Assembly (NCBI GenBank): GCA_963827475.1
Contig: CAWHAZ010000005.1
Span: forward strand, 928,001-992,000
Reading direction: 5' to 3'
DNA: 64,000 nucleotides
DNA from: an uncultured Chloroflexia bacterium
Lineage (GTDB): Bacteria; Chloroflexota; Limnocylindria; QHBO01
The stretch's first letter is position 1. Each line of letters begins with the position of its first letter. The notes beneath the pieces were generated by a model. That model had not been told where the DNA came from. It was given only the letters and a program-made list of their open reading frames with translations, and made no database searches. This document shows positions 9,563-19,450 of this stretch, piece after piece. Made by a program: the position numbers and the translations under genes.

Positions 9563-12500
9563 TCACCCGGCCAGCCGCAGCGCCAGCCGCAGGGCGACGC
9601 CGTCCACGGTCTCCTCCGCCCGCCCCGTCGCGTCGGAGACGTCCGCGTCGGGACCGATGACCACCGAGACGGCCAGGGTCTCGGCGGCCAGCCAGGCCTC
9701 GTGGGGCGCCAAACGGGTAGCGACCTCGGGGTCCACGCCGATCGCGACCGCGATCCGGTCGCTGATCTCCAGCCCCGCCGCCTTGCGAAGGTTCTGGAGG
9801 CGGTGGGCGACCTCGCGAGCCAACCCCTCGGCGGCGAGCCCCTCGTCGATCGAGGTGTCGAGGGCCACCAGCAGATCGCCCTCGTCGGCGATCTCGTGCC
9901 CCTCACGGGCCCGCGCACTGAGGGTGAACTCGTCGGCGGCGAGCACGACCCCGCCGGCGACGGCACCGCCGTCGCCGGTCAGCGACCAGTCATCGGAGCG
10001 AACTGCGGCCATGATCCGGGCGACGTCCGCCCCGTGTCGCGGACCGATCACCGGCAACAGCGGGTACAGGGTCCGGTCCACGAGCGCCGAGTCGTCCGCG
10101 ATGAGCTCGACCGCCTTGACGTTCAGCTCGTCGCGGACGTGGGTCTCCAGCTCGGCGGCCACGGCCGGGTCGTCGGCGAAGGCGGCCATGCCCGCCGGCA
10201 GGCGAACGCGGACCAGGCGAAGGGGCTGGCGGGTGCGGATCTCGCTGCCGGCGCGCGCCGCCCGGCCGAGGGCCACGACCCGCCGAGTCAGCGCCACGCC
10301 ACGATCGGTGTCCACGTTGGAGCGGCCGCTCGAGGTTGGGAAGTCGGCCAGGTGCACGCTGTCGGGGGCCGCCGGATCGACGCTCCCCACCAGGTTGTGC
10401 CACAGCGCGTCGGCCAAGTGCGGCACGAACGGGGCGAGGACCCGTGACAGGGTCGTCAGCACCTCGTGCAGGGTGGCGTAGGCGGCCCGCTTGTCCGCGT
10501 CCAGCTCACCCTTCCAGAACCGACGCCGGTTGCGGCGGACGTACCAGTTCGACAGGTCGTCGACGAAGGCCTCGACCTGGCGCGCGGCCCGCGCGGCCTC
10601 GTAGGCGTCGAGCGCGGCGCGGACGTCCTCGACCAGGCCGTCCAGGCGGGACAAGATCCATCGGTCCAGCAATGCGAGTTCCGCGCCAGCGTCCCCGTCA
10701 GCCGCCGGCGTCCATCCGTCCAGGCGGGCGTAGGTGACGAGGAAGCTGTAGGTGTTCCACAGCGGCAGGAAGAAGCGGCGCACGACCTCCGCGCCCGGTC
10801 CGTATCCGAAGTTGAGGTTGAGCGCCGGGTTGGCCGAGGCATAGAGCCAGCGCATGACGTCGGCGCCGATCCGCTCGGCGGCCTCGTCGAATGGGATCGC
10901 GTTTCCCTTGCTCTTGTGCATCTCCTCGCCGTGCTCGTCGTGCACGGTGGCGTAGCCGAAGATGGTCCGCGTCATCGGCGCGCCGGCCAGCACGGTCGAC
11001 ATCGTGAGCAGCGCATAGAACCAGTTGCGAAACTGGCCGGGGAAGCCCTCGGTGATGAAGTCGGCCGGGAACCACTCGGCCCAATAGGCCCGGTCGGTGT
11101 TCCATCGGAGCGTGCTGAAGCCCACGATCCCCGCGTCCAGCCACGGATTGCCGACCTCGGCCACGCGACGCGAGCGGCCGCCGCAAGAGGTGCACGCGAT
11201 CTCGACCTCGTCGATGAACGGCTTGTGGGGCGAGTGGCCGTCGAACGCTTCCCAGCCCGCCACCGCGCGCTCGTGCAGCTCGTCGCGGGACCCGATCACC
11301 TCCCACGCGGCACATTCGGCGCACTCCCAGATCGGCAGGGCGAGGCCGTAGTAGCGCTTCTTGCTGATCATCCAGTCGCTCATGTTCCGGAGCCAGTCGA
11401 GCTCGCGCTCCTCCAGGCCGATACCTGGCGGCAGCCACGTGATCTGACGCGTCACGGCGCTGATCGGCTCGCGGAGCGGATCCATGGCGATGAACCACTC
11501 GTCGACGAGGCGGAACAGGAGCTGGGTGCCGCAGCGCCAGCACACCGGGTAGTGGTGGCGATACATCTCGCGGGCGACGAGGAGTCCCTTCGTGGCCAGG
11601 TCCTCGGCGATGGCCGGCGCGAGGTCGTCCGCGGCGTCCGGCGTGGCGCCCGCGAAGCGGCCGGACTGCCAGCCGTAGCCCTCGCGAAACACCCCGGACT
11701 CGTCGATCGGGTCGAGCACCGGCAGCCCGTCCCGCTGGGCCAGGTGGAAGTCCTCTTCGCCGCAGCCTGGCGCGATGTGGACGATCCCCGTCCCCTCGTC
11801 ATCGGTCACCTCGTCCCAGGCGATGACCCAGTGCTGGACACCGGCCTGCGCCGGCAGCTCGTCAAACGGCCCGCGGTAGGTCAGGCCGAGCAGGTCAGAC
11901 CCGCGCGCCTCCCGGAGGACGGCGGCTTCCGACACGACGCGATGCTTCGAGCCGCGGCTGACCCACCATCGGTCGCCATCATTGCCCTCCACCAGCTCGT
12001 ACGTCAGGTCCGGGTGGACGGCGGCGGCCACGTTGCTCGACAGCGTCCACGGCGTGGTCGTCCACACCAGGAGCGACTCGCCCTCGTGCCCGGTCGTGGT
12101 GATTGGCAGGCGGATGGTCAGCGACAGGTGGCTGAGCTCGCGATAGCCCTCGGTCGCGATCTCCATGTTCGAGAGGCCGGTCCCGCAACGTGGGCACCAG
12201 GGCATCACGTCGTGACCCTTGAAGACGAGGCCGCGTGCCTGGCACTCCTTCAGGAACGCCCAGATGGCGTAGTTGTTCTCGTCGCTGTTCGTGAAATAGC
12301 TGTGCTCCCAGTCCATCCACATGCCGAGTCGCCTGCTCTGCTCGGTCTGCAGCGCCGCGAATTTGCTGACGCGTGCCTTGCACAGCTCCACGAAGCGGTC
12401 GACCCCAAACTCCTCGATCTGCCGCTTGTTGTTGAAGCCAAGCTCCTTCTCGACCTCGACCTCGATCCAGAGCCCTTGGCAGTCGAACCCGTTCTGGTAC

Positions 12501-12742
12501 CGCTGCCGCTCGCCGAGCATGGTGTGGTAGCGCTGGTACAGGTCCTTGTAGGTCCGTCCCCAGGCGTGATGGACGCCCATCGGGTTATTCGCCGTGATCG
12601 GCCCGTCGAGGAAGCTGTAGCGCCGCTCGGACGCCTGGTTGCGGGCCAGGTAGCGCGCCTCGGTCTGCTGCTCGCGCCAGCGCTCGATCACCTCCCGCTC
12701 GAGGACAGGCACATCCAGGGCCGAGCTCACCGGCTTGAACAT
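9563..12742 (-). CDS. ileS: Isoleucine--tRNA ligase, type 2 (IleRS2)
   Basis: DGPITANNPMGVHHAW, GFDCQGL, WTTTPWTL, GTGIVHIAP, DWMISK, EMHKSKGN, LSNWYVRRNR; ATG 12742 preceded by GGAGG. Confidence 0.96.
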   Translation of the reverse strand: MFKPVSSALDVPVLEREVIERWREQQTEARYLARNQASERRYSFLDGPITANNPMGVHHAWGRTYKDLYQRYHTMLGERQRYQNGFDCQGLWIEVEVEKELGFNNKRQIEEFGVDRFVELCKARVSKFAALQTEQSRRLGMWMDWEHSYFTNSDENNYAIWAFLKECQARGLVFKGHDVMPWCPRCGTGLSNMEIATEGYRELSHLSLTIRLPITTTGHEGESLLVWTTTPWTLSSNVAAAVHPDLTYELVEGNDGDRWWVSRGSKHRVVSEAAVLREARGSDLLGLTYRGPFDELPAQAGVQHWVIAWDEVTDDEGTGIVHIAPGCGEEDFHLAQRDGLPVLDPIDESGVFREGYGWQSGRFAGATPDAADDLAPAIAEDLATKGLLVAREMYRHHYPVCWRCGTQLLFRLVDEWFIAMDPLREPISAVTRQITWLPPGIGLEERELDWLRNMSDWMISKKRYYGLALPIWECAECAAWEVIGSRDELHERAVAGWEAFDGHSPHKPFIDEVEIACTSCGGRSRRVAEVGNPWLDAGIVGFSTLRWNTDRAYWAEWFPADFITEGFPGQFRNWFYALLTMSTVLAGAPMTRTIFGYATVHDEHGEEMHKSKGNAIPFDEAAERIGADVMRWLYASANPALNLNFGYGPGAEVVRRFFLPLWNTYSFLVTYARLDGWTPAADGDAGAELALLDRWILSRLDGLVEDVRAALDAYEAARAARQVEAFVDDLSNWYVRRNRRRFWKGELDADKRAAYATLHEVLTTLSRVLAPFVPHLADALWHNLVGSVDPAAPDSVHLADFPTSSGRSNVDTDRGVALTRRVVALGRAARAGSEIRTRQPLRLVRVRLPAGMAAFADDPAVAAELETHVRDELNVKAVELIADDSALVDRTLYPLLPVIGPRHGADVARIMAAVRSDDWSLTGDGGAVAGGVVLAADEFTLSARAREGHEIADEGDLLVALDTSIDEGLAAEGLAREVAHRLQNLRKAAGLEISDRIAVAIGVDPEVATRLAPHEAWLAAETLAVSVVIGPDADVSDATGRAEETVDGVALRLALRLAG

Positions 12743-12774
12743 CTGCTGGCTCACCTCCCGGACTGGCCTGACAT

Positions 12775-13067
12775 GCACGAATCCCGCCCCGAACGTGCCG
12801 GGACGGGATTGCTGATCCCGCGGTACCACCCGCGCTTGGGCGCCGCATGCGGCGCTCCACTCGTCGCGCCACCAGGTCGCGGATGGACCGATGACGCCGC
12901 CATGGCTAACGGGCGGCGGGCCCGGGAGGCGTTACGCGCGGCGCCACGAGGGCGTCGCTTGGCGCCTCCGGCTCGGGAGAGATGGCTGCTGGCCGGTCAC
13001 CGCCCGCTTCCACCGTTCGGGCTCGCTGGGGATGCCGATCGCCAGCTGCGCTGGCTCCGTCAAGGCC
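12775..13067 (-). promoter_or_regulatory. T-box riboswitch with Ile (AUC) specifier
   Basis: On the minus strand: AGCGAG and GGTGGAA distal stem I boxes, ATC specifier (12983-12981) followed by GAG, CCCGTTA stem IIA/B motif, T-box GGGTGGTACCGCG (12831-12819), downstream hairpin AATCCCGTCCCG/CGGGGCGGGATT; -10 TACCAT at 13090-13085. Confidence 0.9.
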
Positions 13068-13104
13068 GGTCTTCGATTGGACCGATGGTACCCGACCGTC
13101 GGCG

Positions 13105-14443
13105 TCAGCCGATGAGCGCCCGGGCGACCAGGGCAAGGCTGATCACCGCTGCGATCGAGGTCAGCCCCGCCAGCCGCGGCCAGCGGCTGCGCGCCAGCCA
13201 GGCAGCCAGCACGGCGATCGGTCCACACAGGAGGAGGGCGGCACCGATGGGATCGAGCCCGGCGGCGGCCGGCCGTGAGCCGACGAACACCGCCAGCGCC
13301 CAGACGATGGCCGCCACGGCGAGCGGCCCGCCGAGCAGCGCGACGTCGGGCCATAGGGAAGCTGGCCCGATGCGGCGGCCTGCGGGGCGCTGGGGGCGGC
13401 GTCGCGGCAGGGCTCGCGGAATGGCCCGAGCCCTCGCCGGGGCTGTTGCCGCGGGCGGGATCAGGGCGGCGGCGGGGGTTGGGACCGAGGGTGCAGCGGC
13501 GGGCACGGCCGCGACCGTGGGCTGGACCGCGGCCGCCGGTGGTGCGGCGGCAATGGTCTGGCGCGACCGGCGGGAAGGCCGCGGCAGCGCGTCCCGGCAG
13601 GGTCATCGCCGCCGCGCTGGCGGACAGGCTGGCCGCCGCCTGTTCGCTCTGGGCCCCGGTGATCGCCGCTCGCCGTTCGGAAGCCATGCGCTCCTCGAGC
13701 TCCATGCGCTCGATGCCGGTCATCGGCCGCGGGGGCGCGGCGGGCTCCGCGGGACGCGGCAGTGGCATCGCCGCGGGCGGTGGGGCTGGGGCCGGGACTG
13801 GAGCCGCAGCTGCCGTGGCCGCGACCGCAGCCGCCGGCGCGAACGGAGCAGACGCGCTTCCGGCCGCTTCCGCTGCCATGTCAGGCGTGGGTGGCGGAGA
13901 TGGCCGGGCGGCACGGGTCCGGGCAGCGGCGATCAGGGCATCCACCAGCTCCTTCTCCCCGACGCTGGCGATCGCCACCCGTCCCTGCTCGGTGGGGACG
14001 AGGATGACCGAGGGCGTGGCGCCGAGCCGGATGACCTCGACCCGCTCCCCGCCACTGAGGGTGGCCCGACCCGCAGCGAACCCGAGGGCAGCCGTTCCGG
14101 GTCGCGCCGCGACGCGCCCGATTCCGCTCGACGCCACCCGGCTCAGGTCTCCGCGGACCAGGTGGTATCGGCGATCCACGCCCATCCCGGTCAGATGCAG
14201 GTAGTCCGTCTCGACCGCCAGCCGGAGGGAGCGGACGCGCAGCGCGAGAGCGGCGCCGAGCACGGCGAGCGCCAGGCCCACCCCCGCCAGGACGATCATC
14301 GGCGCACCGGTCAGGAGGACGAACGCGACGCCGGCGGAGGCCGCTCCAAGGAGCACGAGCAGCGCCGGGATCGCGAGCGTCGTGCGCGCGTCACGCGCGA
14401 GCTGCACGCGCGCGAGCGGTGTCGGGGTCGTCGAAGCGGTCAC
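13105..14443 (-). CDS. Membrane protein with probable bacterial PH-like domain, Pro/Ala-rich linker and C-terminal TM helices; frameshift near 13560
   Basis: Two N-terminal TM helices, beta-rich RLAVETDYLHL...VILVPTEQGRVAI segment; the hydrophobic C-terminus lies in ORF 13105..13506. Confidence 0.55.
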
Positions 14444-14477
14444 CGAGCCGAGCCCCCACGCCGCGCCATGGCGGCGA

Positions 14478-15449
14478 TCAGTAGACCGGCGTCAGCCAGC
14501 CGCGGTAGGTCTCGGACCGGCCTCGTACGGCGTCGAAGTAGATCTTGTGCAGGCGCCGGGTGATCGGTCCCGGCGCTCCGGAGCCGATCGGGCGGTTGTC
14601 GACCTCGATGACCGGAGCGAGCTGGGCACCGGTTCCGCACAGGAACAGCTCGTCGGCCTGGTACAGCTCGGTCCGGTCGATGACCCGCTCCACGACGCCA
14701 ATGCCGAGGTCGCCGGCGACCTCCATGATGTGGCGCCGGGTGATGCCCTCGAGCACGTTGTCGGTCACGGCCGGGGTGATGAGCACGCCGTCGCGGATGA
14801 TGAACAGGTTCTCCGCGCTGCCCTCGCTGACGTGGCCGTCCTGGGTCAGCATGATCGCCTCGTCGTAGCCGTTGAGCTGGGCTTCCGACTTGGCCAGCGC
14901 GCTGTTGACGTAGCCGCCGGTGATCTTGCTGCGCGCCGGAATCGCGTTGTCGTCGTTCCGGCGCCAGCTGCTGACCTGGGCCCGGATGCCGCTCTCGGTG
15001 TCGATGTACTTGCCGAACGGCAGGGTGAAGATGACGAGATCGGTCTCGAGGTTGTGCAGCCGGACGCCAACGGCTTCGGTCGACTTGTAGAGGATCGGCC
15101 GGATGTAGGCGTCCTCCCGCATCTCGCACCGCCGGAGCATCTCGCAGGTGACGTCGACCAGCTCCTCTGCCGAGTGACGAAGGTCGAGTTGGAGGATCGG
15201 CGCCGACCGGTGCAGGCGCTGGTAGTGCGCGAGCAGGTCCAACCCGAACAGCTGCTCCTGCTCGGGGTTCCAGTACGCCCGGACGCCCTCGAACACCGCC
15301 GTGCCGTAGTTGAAGGCATGGGTCGTGACGCTGATCTTCGCCTCGTTGAGGGGGACCAGCTCGCCACGGAAGAAGGCCCACAGGCCCTCCGTCGAACGCG
15401 GATGGGGATGCATGCCAGTCGAGGGCTCCTGCTTCAGCATCGCACTCAC
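14478..15449 (-). CDS. ilvE: Branched-chain amino acid aminotransferase
   Basis: FNYGTAVFEGVRAY, YIRP, KITGGYVNS, EGSAENLF, LEGITR, CGTGA. Confidence 0.95.
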   Translation of the reverse strand: MSAMLKQEPSTGMHPHPRSTEGLWAFFRGELVPLNEAKISVTTHAFNYGTAVFEGVRAYWNPEQEQLFGLDLLAHYQRLHRSAPILQLDLRHSAEELVDVTCEMLRRCEMREDAYIRPILYKSTEAVGVRLHNLETDLVIFTLPFGKYIDTESGIRAQVSSWRRNDDNAIPARSKITGGYVNSALAKSEAQLNGYDEAIMLTQDGHVSEGSAENLFIIRDGVLITPAVTDNVLEGITRRHIMEVAGDLGIGVVERVIDRTELYQADELFLCGTGAQLAPVIEVDNRPIGSGAPGPITRRLHKIYFDAVRGRSETYRGWLTPVY

Positions 15450-15519
15450 CTCACTGGCCGGGACGCGTGGGCGGGACGAAGTCTCGGCACCGGCGCGAAG
15501 TATACGCCCGGCCCATCGC

Positions 15520-16614
15520 TCAGCCGCTTCCCGGCAGGAAGAGGACCGCGAGGATGTAGATCAGGTAGATCGGTCCACCAATGAGCAGCGCCGCGGCGCG
15601 CAGGCGGTGGGTGCGCATCATCGGTCCGAGGATGAGCAGGGTGGCCAGGATTGCGGCTCCGGCGGAGGCGAACGACAGCGCGTTCTCGGCGGTGAACGCC
15701 CAGCTCGTGAACAGGATGCCGATGGCGGTCGGGAAGCAGGCCTGGAACACCATCGCCCCGGTGATGTTGCCCATGGCCAGGGTGTCCTTGCGGGTCCGCA
15801 CCCAGAGCACGCTGTTGAACTTCTCGGGCAGCTCGGTGGCGATGGGGGCCACGATGAGGGCGAACAGCCGCGGGTCGAAGCCAATCGCGAGCGAGATGGT
15901 GTCCAGCGCGGTGATGAACATCCGAGCGCCGAGGATGATCATCGCGAGGGCCACCAGCGTCTGGGCCACGATGATCCACAGCCGCGGCTGGCCGTGGTGC
16001 TCGACCGGGGTCTCCTCGTCGGGGCGGTGGATACCGATGTCGCCGCCCAGCCAGGGCAGCCGGATCGCGTGCAGCAGCGCGAGCTCCGGGGCTTCTGCCG
16101 ATCCCTCCTGGCGGAAGTGGGCGCGGACGTAGACCGCGTAGATCACGAACAGCGCGATCACGACCGCATAGTCCGCCCAGCGCCAGTCCTCGGGCAGGAA
16201 GGCGGCGCCGATCGCCAGCCCATAGCCGACCAGGAAGAAGACGACGTCCTGGGCCATCACCCCGACGTTGACGTTCATGTCGGAGGTTCGGCTGCCGCGC
16301 CGCGTCAGGATGAGCACGGCGAGGCCGGTGATGAACATCGCCAGCGTGGCCAGCGTGAACGGCGCGCCGAGGATGGCGCCGACCCCGATCTCCTCCGAAC
16401 CGGCCGTCGGCTCGCGCCCGGTGACGATCGGCCCGACGATGGCGATGACCGGGATCAGCGTTTCGGGCAGGGCGGTGGCGACCGCAGCCAGGACGCTTCC
16501 AACCGCGCCTTCTCCGAGGTTCAGGCGGTGGCCGAACCACTCGATGCCGTTCGTGAACAGCTCGGCGCCGACCAGGATGACGGCCAGCGCGATGACGAAG
16601 ACGAGGATTTCCAT
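15520..16614 (-). CDS. Sodium:calcium antiporter (CaCA family)
   Basis: Two alpha repeats ATALPE...GAILGA and ATELPE...GNITGA; many TM helices. Confidence 0.9.
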   Translation of the reverse strand: MEILVFVIALAVILVGAELFTNGIEWFGHRLNLGEGAVGSVLAAVATALPETLIPVIAIVGPIVTGREPTAGSEEIGVGAILGAPFTLATLAMFITGLAVLILTRRGSRTSDMNVNVGVMAQDVVFFLVGYGLAIGAAFLPEDWRWADYAVVIALFVIYAVYVRAHFRQEGSAEAPELALLHAIRLPWLGGDIGIHRPDEETPVEHHGQPRLWIIVAQTLVALAMIILGARMFITALDTISLAIGFDPRLFALIVAPIATELPEKFNSVLWVRTRKDTLAMGNITGAMVFQACFPTAIGILFTSWAFTAENALSFASAGAAILATLLILGPMMRTHRLRAAALLIGGPIYLIYILAVLFLPGSG

Positions 16615-16638
16615 CGCCGGGGTCAGCCCGTCAGCGGG

Positions 16639-16917
16639 TCAGGGTCGGACGTGCTGGGGCGCGATGGGCAGGAGCGCGACTTGTCGGGCGCGCTTGAGGG
16701 CCACGGTCAGCATGCGCTGGTGGCGGGCGCAGGTCCCGGTCTTGCGGCGGGGTTCGATCTTGGCCCGCTCCGAGAGGTATCGGCGCAGGCGGTTGACCTC
16801 CTTGTAGTCGATGGCCTCGACCTTGTCGACGCAGAAGTTGCAGACCTTGCGCCGACGGCGGTCGCGGTAGTAGTCGGCCGTCTCTCGGCGGCGGGGACGT
16901 GCGTTGCTGGGTGGCAT
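16639..16917 (-). CDS. rpsR: 30S ribosomal protein S18 (Zn-binding type)
   Basis: [29 protein letters not shown]. Confidence 0.97.
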   Translation of the reverse strand: MPPSNARPRRRETADYYRDRRRRKVCNFCVDKVEAIDYKEVNRLRRYLSERAKIEPRRKTGTCARHQRMLTVALKRARQVALLPIAPQHVRP

Positions 16918-16937
16918 AAGCGATCGGATCCTCGGGC

Positions 16938-17411
16938 TCAGAAGGGAATGTCGTCGAGATCAACGGTCTCGGTTGAGGCCTGCTCGCCAGGGCCGGCTGT
17001 GGCGCCGGCCGGAGCGCCGCGCGGCACCGCCGCGGGCGGGGCGTCGCTGGCGGAGTCGCCGATCCCGAAGCCCTCGCCCGGGTCGCGGCGCTCGAGCGAG
17101 ATGACCCGCGCGAAGCGGATCTCGACCGAGGAGCGCTTCTGCCCGTCATTGCCTTCGTACTCGCGAACGCGGAGCTGGCCTTCGGCGAAGACCTTGTTCC
17201 CCTTGCGGAACCGCTCGGCGGCGCGCTCGGCGGCCTGGTCCCAGAGCTCCACCCGGAACCACTGGGTCTCCTCGATCCACTCGCCGTCCGGACCCTTGCG
17301 GTTGTCGTTCACCGCCACCCGCAGGTTCGTCACGGCCTTGCCGGCTGGCGTGTAGCGCAGCTCCGGGTCCGCGCCCAGGTTGCCGATGATCATCATCTTG
17401 TTCAGGGTCAT
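16938..17411 (-). CDS. ssb: Single-stranded DNA-binding protein
   Basis: [19 protein letters not shown]-terminal DDIPF. Confidence 0.97.
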   Translation of the reverse strand: MTLNKMMIIGNLGADPELRYTPAGKAVTNLRVAVNDNRKGPDGEWIEETQWFRVELWDQAAERAAERFRKGNKVFAEGQLRVREYEGNDGQKRSSVEIRFARVISLERRDPGEGFGIGDSASDAPPAAVPRGAPAGATAGPGEQASTETVDLDDIPF

Positions 17412-17908
17412 CCCGCCACCTCCTCCGGCGCGCTCACGGCCACCGGTTCGTCTTCTTGGTCGTCGTCCGAGCCTTGGTCGGCGTCCGAGTCGTCAATTTC
17501 GAGCGCGGTGCTCGTCTCCTCGCCGGTCCCGGTGCCCGGCTCCACGTCCGGCGGTGGGGCGAGAATCTCCTCGCCCTCGACGGACGAGTCCTCGGCCTCC
17601 GCGTCTCCAGCCCGGCGGTGGCGAGGCTCCAGCACCACGACCAGGTGCCGGAGGATCTCCTCGCTGATGAGCAGGCCGCGCTCGATTTCACGGACGGCCG
17701 CGGGCTCGATATCGAAGTGGATGAGGAAGTACGACGCGTCCCGATGATGCTGGATGGGATACGCGAGCCGCCGCTTCCCCCACGGCGAGATCTTCGACAG
17801 GCTGCCCCCGGCGTTCACGATGGCGCGCGTCACGCGCTCGACCGCCGACTGGAGCTGGTCGTCCTCCATGTCGGGGCGGAACAGGAGCATGAGTTCGTAT
17901 CGGCGCAC
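17408..17908 (-). CDS. rpsF: 30S ribosomal protein S6 with acidic C-terminal tail
   Basis: RRYELM, WGKRRLAYPI, ILRHL; GTG at 17908 after GAGGAG. Confidence 0.93.
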   Translation of the reverse strand: MRRYELMLLFRPDMEDDQLQSAVERVTRAIVNAGGSLSKISPWGKRRLAYPIQHHRDASYFLIHFDIEPAAVREIERGLLISEEILRHLVVVLEPRHRRAGDAEAEDSSVEGEEILAPPPDVEPGTGTGEETSTALEIDDSDADQGSDDDQEDEPVAVSAPEEVAG

Positions 17909-17917
17909 GGGCCGGGA

Positions 17918-17968
17918 CTCCTCTCTGTGGGTTTGCGGCACGCGCCGATGCGGTGCGGCAGAAAGGGA
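17918..17968 (-). promoter_or_regulatory. Putative S6:S18 autoregulatory mRNA leader
   Basis: CCTTTCTG can pair with CAGAGAGG (overlapping the SD) and encloses an inner stem followed by CCG; -10 TATACT at 18010-18005. Confidence 0.45.
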
Positions 17969-18111
17969 TGGGACACGACTGCCTCCAGTCGGAGGCGCGA
18001 GCCGAGTATAGCCGAGCCCTTCCGGCACCGCGTTTGGCGCGGGAGCCGGTCGCCGACTATCCTGAGGTGCTGGCGTCCCTCGACGCTCGCCATTCCACTG
18101 TGAGGCTGCCC

Positions 18112-19323
18112 GTGTCGCGTCGCCCAACCATTCTCATCTGCGCCCCTGACGAGGCGCTCCGGGCCGCGCTGCACGGCGCCCTGACCGCGTCCGACCAGGA
18201 CGTCCGCGAGGTGGCCACCGCGGCCGAGGCGATCGTCGCCCTCGGCGACGGCGAAATCGACCTGGTCATCGCCGAGGGGCTCACCGCCTCGGGCGCCATC
18301 GACTCCCTTCGTTCGGCGCGCGCCGACGAGAGCATCCCGATCCTGGTCGTCGCGCCGGTGGGCGACGTGGAAGCCCGGATCGCCTTCCTCGAGGCCGGCG
18401 CGGACGACGTCATCGAGGGTGGCTTCGCCCGTCGCGAGCTCGAGGCCCGAGTGCACGCGCTCCTCATCCGGGCCGGGACGGTCGCACCCGGGCCGAGCAG
18501 CCCGGGCGCGGGCCAGACCATCGCCTTCTTCTCGCCGAAGGGCGGCGTCGGCACCACGGCCCTGGCGGTGAACTGCGCGGCGCTGCTGGCCAGCGGCGGC
18601 GGCGGCTCGGAAGTCGTGGGCGCGGGCGTGGTCCTCGTCGACCTCGACCTCCAGTTCGGCCAGGTGGCGACCCACCTCAACCTCACCCCGAAGCTGGACT
18701 TCTCCCGACTGGCGACCGACGACGTGGCCCGGACCGATCCCGAGGCGCTGGAGGCGTACCTGACCCCGCACTCCTCCGGGCTCAAGGTGCTTGCCGCACC
18801 GACGAGCCCCGACAGCGCGGCCCGCATCAGCGTGGAGGAGGTCGAGCAGGTCATCGGCACGCTGCGCACGACGTTCGACTTCGTGGTGGTCGACTGCGGC
18901 ACGCGGCTCGACCCGCGGACGATCTGGGTTCTCGAGCAGGCCCAGGAGATCGTGTACGTCGTCTTTCCCGAGCTCGGCTCGCTGCGAGCGATGAGTGACC
19001 TCATCCAGTTCCTCGGCGAGGCCGCGGTGCTCCAGGGCCGGACCCACTTCGTGGTCAACCACATCTCCGCCCGCGAGCTGCTGAAGACGCGGGACGTCGA
19101 GAACCTGCTCCGCTCCCGGCCCACGGCCGAGATCCCGTTCGCGGACGTGGACATGATCCGCTCGGTGAACGAGGGCGCCCCGATCGTCCTGTCGCGACCG
19201 AGCTCGCCGGTCGGGCTCGCGATCCAGCGGCTGGCGGCTGCCCTGGTCGGGGCCGAGGTCCGATCCAGCTCGCGGCCCCCGAAGGCCTCGAAGGAGCGCC
19301 GACCGCTCTTCAGCCGCGGCTAG
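18112..19323 (+). CDS. CpaE/TadZ-like pilus assembly protein (receiver-like domain plus ParA/MinD-like ATPase)
   Basis: N-terminal receiver fold, SPKGGVGTT deviant Walker A, VDLDLQFG, FVVVDCG; start codon uncertain. Confidence 0.85.
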   Translation: MSRRPTILICAPDEALRAALHGALTASDQDVREVATAAEAIVALGDGEIDLVIAEGLTASGAIDSLRSARADESIPILVVAPVGDVEARIAFLEAGADDVIEGGFARRELEARVHALLIRAGTVAPGPSSPGAGQTIAFFSPKGGVGTTALAVNCAALLASGGGGSEVVGAGVVLVDLDLQFGQVATHLNLTPKLDFSRLATDDVARTDPEALEAYLTPHSSGLKVLAAPTSPDSAARISVEEVEQVIGTLRTTFDFVVVDCGTRLDPRTIWVLEQAQEIVYVVFPELGSLRAMSDLIQFLGEAAVLQGRTHFVVNHISARELLKTRDVENLLRSRPTAEIPFADVDMIRSVNEGAPIVLSRPSSPVGLAIQRLAAALVGAEVRSSSRPPKASKERRPLFSRG

Positions 19324-19336
19324 ACGATCCAGGTCC

Positions 19337-19435
19337 TGGTGCCGGAGGAGGGATTCGAACCCCCACGCCCCCGAGAGGGCAGCGGAGTTGAAGACTCAGC
19401 CCGACCGTCCGCCGACGTTCGGGATTGTACGGCCC
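19337..19435 (-). repeat. att-like site A: 3' part of tRNA-Leu(TAA) plus a ~40-bp arm
   Basis: 19337-19395 matches 30823-30881 with a few substitutions; 19395-19435 matches 22035-22075. Confidence 0.9.
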
Positions 19436-19450
19436 CGACGCGCGCTTCCT

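Noticed and set aside
10466-14563. 1365-aa plus-strand ORF (also 4681..7488, 48897..53099, 55439..57787 and similar)
   Set aside because: Antisense or off-frame shadows of real genes, expected at this GC content; no recognisable motifs.
17408-17620. Long acidic tail on S6
   Set aside because: Acidic S6 extensions are common.
19337-19435. att copy A reads CT-TCA-AC at the anticodon position, resembling a selenocysteine or opal-suppressor tRNA
   Set aside because: No 5' acceptor strand or D-arm and no proper anticodon stem; better explained as a mutated tRNA-Leu fragment.
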